DNA of 64,000 bases from NCBI GenBank assembly GCA_030141605.1, contig JAQGDQ010000208.1, forward strand, positions 1 through 64,000, read 5' to 3'. How positions within the stretch are numbered: position 1 is the first letter of the stretch; every line of letters begins with the position of its first letter. Below the pieces are notes generated by a model. It saw only the letters and a program-made list of their open reading frames with translations. It was not told where the DNA came from and did no database searches. The position numbers and the translations under genes are program-made. The DNA comes from Tubiluchus corallicola. Taxonomy: Eukaryota; Animalia; Priapulida. Positions 41,972 to 51,620 of the stretch are shown in pieces.

Positions 41972-44794
41972 GCATAGGAGCTTGTCTTGTGTTGTTTGTA
42001 CATATTAGCAGAAATTAAGTCAGGTGCTTCGTAAATTAAATTTTTGTTATTTTTAAAGGCTTTCTTTCCTGCATGTAATGGCAGTATTATTAAACTTACT
42101 GTCTTATGTAACTGCAGTAACGTTACTGGAGTCCGGTGCCCTAACCAGGCAGAAATTGAGAAAGTAATGCGTTTGTTATCTGCACCGTAAGTTTTTATTG
42201 GCGCAGTGACATAATAAATCTGTTGCATTAAAATTGAGCCTTTGTTTTGGTAATTTTGGCATGGATTTTTACTTATTTAAATTTTGAAAAAGAACAGTTT
42301 GATTGTTGTTCAAGTGTAGTAGTGCTCAAGGGTGAAAATATGGTTAGCTAGTGCTGCCATCTGTTGGATGGTTTAATGCTACCCCACTAAGCAGAATAAT
42401 TGCTAGTTGGTATTAAGCATACACATTCATCAGCAAAGAACTAGCTCTTCCATTCCTAGCTCAAAAAATGAGCTTTGCCTAGAGAAGTTTAAGCATCCGT
42501 ATTTATTTTTTCATGAACCTTGTTTCCTGTTTGTAACTTTGTGTGGGTTATTTCAAGGGCACACGGTATGCTATGTTTTCCTGGTAGACACTATTTGCAC
42601 ACTGTAGTGCTAAAATTGTGATCACAAGCATGTCACTTGTAGCATTAAGTGAGTGGAGTAAGCCAAAACATTTTAAGACATGTTAATTGGCACATACTGT
42701 AATTAACTGAAGTTTCATTTCTTTACAAGCTGAATATAATAACAATTATGTGAACAATTAGTCCATTCAATGTTTTTATGATCTCTTACACACAGGACAT
42801 CAGACACTAGTCACGATATATGCACACATCACGATACCAAAGTCTAATTACATTTCATTGACATTTCAGCTGCAACTAGGCTTTCTGAAAACAATCATAA
42901 ATCATTTCTTGATCAATTATTTAAATCATTTGAAAAAGTGCATATCGGTTATGGCAATTCGTGTGCACAGCATAAGCTTGTAAGTGCAGCAAGTGCAATA
43001 AACAATAAGTGTATTTAAAATAATTACAACTAAACTTTTATTTGTAAGCACTAATTACTCTATTTGAGTGCAGACACTCTATTTGATTGAGCAACAAATC
43101 TACATAAAATAAATCAAAAACAGTTTTTAAAATACTCTTAGTTCTAAATAAAAGATTACAGTGTATGTTGTTGTTCTACACAAAAAAATTTGCCCAGCTT
43201 TGAACACAATTGACACAAGTGGATTATCTCAGTTGTCAGTAACGTTAATTGTCAAGAATTTGAAAATAAATTTGCCAAGTGCTGTAATGCTTTTAAATGG
43301 TCTCAAACAGCACAAAGAAAATGCAACACTGGTTACTACAAGCATAATAGGCTGCTTATAAAGTAATGAAACTAGGAGTGAATTTTTAATATGACTCATA
43401 TAGCCACAGGAACTAAAATTATTCAGCAGGCTAATTGTGTACTGGAACAGCATTAATGTCAAGCAGAAAAGCAGCACATTCTAAACCTTTTAAACTTTAA
43501 AAGAAAACTTGGCTGAATACAAGTCTCTGGCTTATACAGTAAGAACCAAACTAAAAGCCAATGTTTGTTAAAAGAGCTGTAACATGTTATAGAGAGGGCT
43601 TGAGCTATAAAATGTTATAGAGAGGGACACACCTGACACACCATCAACTTGTCATCCAGCACAACTCGATTGCAAGCAGTGATCGACTTATAATAATAAT
43701 AAATGCATGCATCAATTATACTCAGCACACATCATGACTTTGATAAAAAAGACAAGTCTTGTAAATTTTGCAATGACTGATGCCATTCATAAACCTGATG
43801 ACTGATACAGTGTCTAGGTGTCATGTCAATGACGACAGTGATAACGTGTGCCTTGTGTGACATATATCTTTGCAAATTTGTATATCATTATTATTACTAT
43901 ATAAAAGCAATTCAATGACAAATTTACATTGGGAATACTATTGCCAGCATAATGTAATATGCAACATGATATGTAACAACATCGGTGAATGCCTGTGAAT
44001 GTAACTTCACACAAAGAAAATTTAATAATTCAGAAGGAAACAGGCAGCCATAGTTGATATTTTTTAGTATTTTAGGATATGTTTGCATTGCTAACCTTAG
44101 CCAAATGTGTAATGTAAATACTAGGAATGCAGCGGCAGCTATCATATATATATATATATATGTCGTATACAATGTATTGTTCATTATTCATGTCTTAACA
44201 TAGTGATTAATAAATAGTCATCACCTTAAAGTACTAAGACGCTATGATTACCGGGAATGCAGGGATGAAAGCTTAAAATTCATCTACGTAATAGTTTGCA
44301 TTCATGGGAATATGAGGAGAAGGTCATTGCAGTCTGAGGTTTGGAATGGCGAGCTATAGCTTAAGAAAGTAAGGCGCAGTTAGGATGAAGAAAACTGCGC
44401 TGAGATAGCCTGAAGGTAACGAGTCTTATACTAAATGATGACAAAATCTTGCAGTTACACATCTAATTCTGACACGTACGATATACACAGTACTAAACAT
44501 AATACCATGACTTACTCCACTGATGTAGTACAATATATGTAGTACAAAAGATAATACTATGCCAATAGAACAGATACGTGTTGTAGACAGAGCACATACA
44601 AAATTAGTCCTGACCTAGTATAAGTGGTTTAACCGGCAAAACTAAAAATTCATGTGCAATTTTTCAGTATATTGAAAAAAACAGTAAATAATGTTTCGAA
44701 TAAGATCCTTTCTTTATGGGCCATTACAAACAGAGCTCTACAGAACTAAAACCACTGTAATTGCAATAGTGTAATATGGGCATTGGTCGTCATC

Positions 44795-47700
44795 TTATGC
44801 CTTTGTGGCAACTGGACGTGGACCACGCAACCATCCAATTTTACGCAAATAGCCAACAATAAATGGTGTTGCAGATAGTGTGATACCTATGCGAAGAGGC
44901 ATAAAGCATTTGTAGACAGCATAGGAGATCACAAAAGTGCTGGCTCCGGTGACGGCTTTTGATTCCAAAACTGCTTGACCTACTCCCAGTTTTCCCAGCA
45001 ATCCTACCATGTCTATGCCGCTGGAAAAAAGTAGTTAGACAATTAATCTTTACATAGCAGTTACAATTTTACATTTAAATTTTAATTGTACTGAGACAAC
45101 CTCGTTTCAAAATAAAATATAGTAAGCTGCTAGGAGTAGTGATTTTTTTGTACAGAAATTAACATTACATTTAGTAGCTAACTACTGAATGTCAGAACAG
45201 AAGCAATATGTTCAAGATTAAAAAGATGTCCCTGAATGACCGTGACTGCTTTCTAGAGTTAACTCTGAAGGGAAATTACATTTTTTGACAGTTATGCAAT
45301 ATTTGGAATTTTTCCCAACGAGACTGCCTCTGGTTGATGGGAAATATCTTTATTTCCCTTCAGTATAAATTCCCATCAGGGCCGGAACTAGATGTGGCAA
45401 GCAGGGGGGGGCGGGGCGTAAAAATTTTCTGGGGGGGGGGCGAGGTATCCGAAGTGGTTAAATAATGGTTAAGCCAATTTTAACCCCTTTTATACTGCAT
45501 GCAGGCCTATAATTAGCATGTGTGTAGGACGGCGTAGCAGACAGCAATAATGAGAAAATTAACTCTCAGTTAACACTAACGTTATTAATGTGCCTCTAAC
45601 TAAATTGTTATTTACAGAACATTTATCACATACATGTTTTAAGAAAATAATACACTGAAGCTACCAAACATTTTTTTACCTAATTCTAATTCATATTGAA
45701 AATGATTACATGCGAACTGCAATTTTCACTGCAAAAAAAATTATTTGTCCGATTTTGCAAGGGCGGCGCAAATTTTGACAGGGGGGGGGGGCGCCCCCTC
45801 GCTCCCCCCTAGTTCCGCCCCTGATTCCCATGAACCGATGGTAAACATTCAAGATAGTGACATTGAGAGATTTACCTTTGAATATTCTCTCAAACTGTTA
45901 TAGTAGCGCTAGACTCTAATAAGGATTCACTGTTTTCCTAAAATCATTCGATTTATATGACATACATATTTGGTTCCATCTTGTACCTTAAAGCTGTGAC
46001 TAGCATAACACGAATGAATGAAGGAAACTGATGGCTGCCAAAGATGGGAAGGTTGCAAATCCACAAACAGGATATTTTTAAAAAGCCACTAGTCGCTCAA
46101 AACTCATGAAATGTTGGCAATTTGATCCTGCAGTTTCAAGATCTCGGAATGCCCCATGAATCAGATTGAGTTGAAATAAAGAGGAATGTCTGGTTAGCAG
46201 CTGACATTCATAATGATCAGAACTGCGCATTCTCTCATCACAGAATCTGCCACGGCTATTTCTAGTCTTAAAGTAAATAAGGCTTTTCAATGTCTGATGG
46301 ATATTTTGATTTCACCGATTTCACACGTTTAAAAATAGGTAAACCTAAAACTTTCAGGTCTGGTATTAGCTTTCTCATGTTTCTGTGGGTAAAGAAGCAA
46401 AATGAAACAGAGCTTTAGCAATTTAACATCAAAATTTGTTATGAATATTACGGTTTTACTAATTCTTGTATGATCAACGGTCTAATAAAATGTTATCAGC
46501 CTGTTTAAAAAAGTAGTAATACTGCGTGTATGTGATAAAAAGAGAAAAGTGGAGAGACCAGAGACAGTTGTGTTAATATTGAGATCAAAGACAAAGTTAT
46601 GCTACTATTTTTCAATACTCATTTCTCCACTGAAGGTCGCTGTTAGTGAAGAGTTACTAGGCAATGTTCATTTACGAAACCCAAATAATTTTTTTAGTCA
46701 TTAATTATTTGTTGGGCCAACATAATAACTGTATCAGCTTGGGAAAAGCTGGAAAGTATATATGCATCTCTTTGTGAAAAACTTTGAGAAAGAATAAAAG
46801 TATTAAAGTTCTAGGTTAATTTAAGCCATTCAAGATGAATGGCCCATCCTGCAGAAGGAGCTACTGGTTTCGGTCGTTTCACTAATGAGCCTACTCTAAA
46901 ATTTATAACGATTTTGTTTGACAAAAACAACATGAGACAAATTATAAGCAGTAGCAGCTCGTGTATAAGTACTGTGTTACGGCAGCACCCTGTTTTCACT
47001 CATTGTTACCGATAATATTCAATATAATAAGTCTTTTTTCTTTAGTTCTTTTTTTATACTTGTGCGGAACTGAAGTACAATTTGCTTCACAGCCCAAGCA
47101 ACGCGGTGTCTGGCTGTTGTGCGCATGCGGCCATGAGATAGCACGCTGCTCGGTAGCATCTGCTGCTAGGTAGAAAAGTACTGTCTCTATCACAGTAACA
47201 ATTGCACGTGCGCACCATGTACCGTCATATTCTTGGATGTGATAAAGTGTGAACTTAGCGTGTGTGCTTAAAACATAAATTATTTAATAATGGACGCCTT
47301 GCATCATCAAGAAATAATTTCTGTGACTGTAAGTGAACTACAACAGCTTAATTTTTCACATTTGTCTCTCCATGCGGAAGTTGCAGTTAAGAAAAGAGGC
47401 CGTTCTACACCTGATCTTCAAATATAACTACAACATTAATATTACATATGTTTGTTACATTTTACACAGTATTAAAACAATGGCTAAGAATTTTCTGAAG
47501 CATCACCCCCACTAATTTTAGCTGTGAGCCGCCACTGATTCTAAGCGATATTTCAATAACTTCAAGGATACACTCTAATGTATATCTCCGGGATTATGGG
47601 TGCAACGAATGTTAGTCATGATCACCAATCACCAACACATTTTTGAAAAATAAAACGAGATGTCAACCACTTGAGGAAGAAAGCAGTTCGACTAAAGAGA

Positions 47701-48676
47701 AGTGACGAGTTGTGCAAAGACCAGACATTTATGTGCTGCAAGAAAAACCCTACCTGGAAATGGCTAGGTAGGTGGCACCCAACATTGTTAGGGACATGGA
47801 AATGTGAAAAATGACCACAGTGGCACCATATTCTTTCACTGCAAGCTTCAACCTCTCCTTTTGTGACAATGGATGTACGTCAGACTTACCACGTTGATCC
47901 TCCTGCTCCTGTATTTTTTTGATTATCTTGTCCTGTTCGTCAAAGACATGGGACAGGGTGTGACGTCCAGTCTGGACTCCTTGCAGAAGTTCATCGCATT
48001 CAGCCAAGCCATACTTCTCACAGTTTTCCTTGAAGATGGCAAACCTCTTTTTGTCCTCTTCAGACCCTTGTATGCCTTGTGGAAATGAAAGTTCGTTGTC
48101 ACCAGCCAGTTTTTCACACTGATGAACAAAAGAAGTTGACAATCCTCTCTTCCATGCCTTTTTTTGTTTCAGATCAAGCCTTGAAGAGTTCACATATCTA
48201 TTTTCTAAAGGTGCCATTCCACCAGGCATGTTCTGATATGTAGGATTACCATAGTCATGGATCAAGTCATTGTCCCTTCCAGCTCGAAAAGGTTCTGGCA
48301 CATTACTTTGCATGACACTACTAAGGCTTACTGTGCCTTGACTGTTGTAGTTTCCTATGTCTTTATCACGAGAGCAGACATCAGTGCTAGGAACTCTGGA
48401 TTTATCTCCATGAATACCTGGTTCATCACCATGAACATAAGGTCCATTTCCATTCTTTCCCATTTCATTCATTTCCATCGCTTTAGATAGGACCTCAACT
48501 GCTCTGTGCTGTCCGAATTCATGGTCTCTGCCTTGGTAACTTTGCAGTATATCTGTTTCAACGTTTGTATGTTTTGTTTTAACATGTTGAATTAATGCTG
48601 GACAAAGTTTGTGCAGATCTTGAGGTCTACTCCTACTTGCCAACTGCATAAGCATCGTCGTTTTTGCGGAAATCAT
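44795..48676 (-). CDS. FAM210B: FAM210B-like (DUF1279) mitochondrial membrane protein with long N-terminal extension, 382 aa
   Basis: Exons 48676-47754 and 45020-44795 (phase 2, 1149 nt). LSQKERLKLAVKEYGATVVIFHISMSLTMLGATYLAIS|SGIDM..GASTFVISYAVYKCFMPLRIGITLSATPFIVGYLRKIG is the FAM210B signature. Confidence 0.9.
45377..45823. mobile_element. hAT-type MITE (447 bp) in the FAM210B intron
   Basis: TIRs CAGGG(C/G)CGGAACTAG. Perfect 8-bp TSD ATTCCCAT at 45369-45376 and 45824-45831. Poly-G subterminal tracts. Confidence 0.92.
46949..47537. mobile_element. Older hAT-type MITE (589 bp) in the FAM210B intron
   Basis: TIRs CAGTAGCAGCTC and CAGTGGCGGCTC (reverse complement of the right end). TSD ATTATAAG (46941-46948) / ATTCTAAG (47538-47545), 1 mismatch. 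Confidence 0.7.
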
Positions 48677-49049
48677 AACTAAAATTAATAATCCAGAATA
48701 TTATATGCGTTTCTTTTCAGAAAAAACTCTCACGCCACGAAACCAAGCCTTTTACATTACTTTGATAGGCCTATCAAAGTTCACTGATAACTTCAATGCG
48801 TCAGCTGAGAGCTCTGCGTGAATGTTTACTTTCTGCCTGGCTGAATTTACTGGGCTGTTACGTTCATATACACTATACGATATAACAGCTTCGGGTAGAC
48901 TTATTTTACATGTATATCGTTTACTGCAAAGGCAATACTTGTATTATTTCCTGCTTACATTATTTAAATTAAAACTATATAACGTAGTATAACACAAATA
49001 ACGCTGTTTTACCACACTCCCTTTTACGGCACACAGTACGCGAGTATAA

Positions 49050-49360
49050 TAATCGATGCCGTATAGTGTCACTGAACCCTAGAGCGGCCTTGGTCATCGG
49101 TGTGCACGTGACTAAGCCGTGCACATCACATCACATACTTTCATTTGGTTTTGCTGCTTGTTACGAGATGGCGCCAGCACCAAGCTTCAGCGGTCCGATG
49201 AGTCTTACGGCAACAAGTGATTACAACAGTTTCCCAATGTCTTACACCTCTAAAATTAAATGCTTCAATTGCCGCCGCAATTTTAAAGCCTATCAGAGCT
49301 ATTACACTACCGTCGAGAGCACAAAAGCGATGTCAGGGCTTTAGGCTAGCCTGAGCTGTA
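49050..49360 (-). promoter_or_regulatory. Probable FAM210B promoter/first non-coding exon region
   Basis: Locally CpG-richer. E-box CACGTG in GTGCACGTGACT (49102-49113), YY1-like AGATGGCG near 49166, minus-strand donor GTATGT at 49138, and an acceptor 2 nt upstream of the ATG (48679-48680). Confidence 0.4.
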
Positions 49361-50994
49361 GGCTTATGAACTGCATACTGGAAATGTAGAGTTAAGTATA
49401 CGTACTACAATTTTATAGATTATTGCAGACTCCAGAGTATCCAAAATTACCATTTAACTTTTCAAATATTGAAGTTCTGATCATTTCAATTTTTGTCATT
49501 GTAATACATTTATTCATTCAAAAGCCAAAAATAGCAAGTCAATATTTACAGGATAACAGCAAAATAATAATCTATTTTATTGAGTGACATACTGACTATT
49601 CCTTTAGTCTATAGATATGCATGACAGATATAGCTTTTCGATGGGTTGAAACGGCATTCGAATCGAATAGTGCGGGAGCTGAGGTCATGCCTATGATGCT
49701 GTCTAAATTCAGCTCGAAATGATTTGACAAGCATTTTAAAATAAAAGCGAGAAACGCTCGCTCAAAATTTGTTTATGGGAACTTCGGCTAAATAATATCA
49801 TAATACCAGCGTAGGTAATCTAAGTAGGACATACGAATGATCAAATATTTTGGAAACTTTTCTGTGAAATGTTAATTTTGAATGATGCTGTCATGCTTAA
49901 CTAAGGACGTAATTTTTAATCGTTTAAATTAGTTTTCGGATTTTGACAATTAAGAAGTGTCTGACTGCACTACTATAAACATGAAAACGCTCTCTTTACC
50001 AATTTCCATCAATGGCCCGGCATGTGCACGGCCGTGTTAGGAACTTAGGATGATAAAAGCACACGCGAGAATGAACCTGCGTCACGTATTTGCAGTATTT
50101 CTGGACATTTTTCGAATGATATCGGTACCTCTGCAGCGGAAGAAAAAAAATTGCGGAGGGATTTTCTTTTCAGTAAAATGGCGGTAGTGTTAAAGAATGC
50201 ACCAGCGAACGTCACCAGGTGTTTTGATTTGTCAGCCAGTTCCCCAACTGTTCTTCCAGGGCAGGCACTAGGTTGAGACCAGCATTATGAGAGTGAACAT
50301 TAGCGAAGTCAAGAAGACAAGAATGCTGAAGACAATGCTGGATCTCAACTTTAATTTTCTGTCTCGTTGTGAGCTCTTGAACTGACAGGCCACAAAACAA
50401 GAAACTTCAACAGCGGTATGAACGTACCTGCGGGTAATACCTTTCGTTTTCAACTTTGACCTCCTCTCTATAGTCTTTTTGACTTTTGATCTTCCGCGCA
50501 GTCTTTTGGGTATTTGCTGCAGGCGCAGATGCTGGTCTATTTCTGTGGCTTGCCGGTATATTCAAAAACTGAATTTGCAATTGAATGTTGGTAAAACTTT
50601 AGTTTAAGAAGCCAGATGGTCAACCAAAGGCCAAAGCACAAACTAACTCAAAAACTTTTCAATTATGTCTTTTACGTTCTTCGTAACGCAAATTACCAGT
50701 GAATCACACTGTCATTGATACTCTCGTCTAGAGAAGTTTTTACTTGTATTCGGTTTGCAGTTGCATTGTAAAGTTTCAGACCATCCGAATCAGGACGCAT
50801 GCGGATTATAAAAGACAAGTAAGGTTACTAAAACAATGCGCGCAAAACCTGTTGTGTTAAACAAATATTAGCTGCGTATGTCCTAGGGACGGCTTCTTTC
50901 GTATTTTTTTGACCGCGGTGATGCTCACACCTAAATGCACATTTATGGAGTAGTGCTCTAGAATCGGTCTAGATACTTCTTATTGGTCAATGCA

Positions 50995-51125
50995 GCCAAA
51001 CCAACCAGCAAACCAACCGGCCAATTAACCAACTAACCAGTAAATGAGTCAGCTAGTCACTTGGTTGGTCAGTCAATTAGTCGGTCAGTCAGTCAGTCAG
51101 CCGGCCAGCCTGCCAATCATTCAAT
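50995..51125. repeat. Degenerate tetranucleotide tract (CCAA/CAGT)n
   Basis: ccaaccagcaaaccaacc ... ggtcagtcagtcagtcagccggccagcc. Confidence 0.75.
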
Positions 51126-51452
51126 CACTGATAAAACAATTTGTCAATTAATAGAAAAAAACAATCACTCAAGTGCAACAATCGACCAATTAACCGTGCA
51201 AGCCATATAAACATGTATAAATAGAATATAGAGCATAAACAGATCTAGCAATTCTCGGTCTGCCGAGCTATTTGCATGGAAGACTGAGAATGGAAACTAT
51301 CAGCTTTTAACCTGATTGATGGTTTTATTGAAACAGATGCTAGCATTATGCTTATATTTGCAGAGTGGCAACTATTTAGTCTGCAATCAGGCGGCTTCCT
51401 ATTATTGTGTGCAAAAACTGGATATTTATTTTCAGCAGAGTGTTTCAACACC

Positions 51453-51466
51453 GTTGCCATGGCGAT
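51453..51466 (+). promoter_or_regulatory. RFX X-box-like motif upstream of the IR25a-type gene
   Basis: GTTGCCATGGCGAT versus canonical GTTGCCATGGCAAC, ending 155 nt before the ATG at 51621. Confidence 0.55.
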
Positions 51467-51620
51467 TTGGCCTGCTTTTATCCCAGGTAAATAGTTTTCA
51501 GGCGTTAAAACACCTGAACAATAAGATAACGCACTACTCTTTATATGGGTCGCTGTTAAGAGTTACGGAGAAACCTACGAATGAGGAAAATCTGAAATCG
51601 CTAAATACAAACACTACACG

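Noticed and set aside
38381-48676. NDUFS6 and FAM210B as a functional mitochondrial gene cluster
   Set aside because: Two adjacent tail-to-tail mitochondrial genes are easily explained by chance, and no shared regulatory element is evident.
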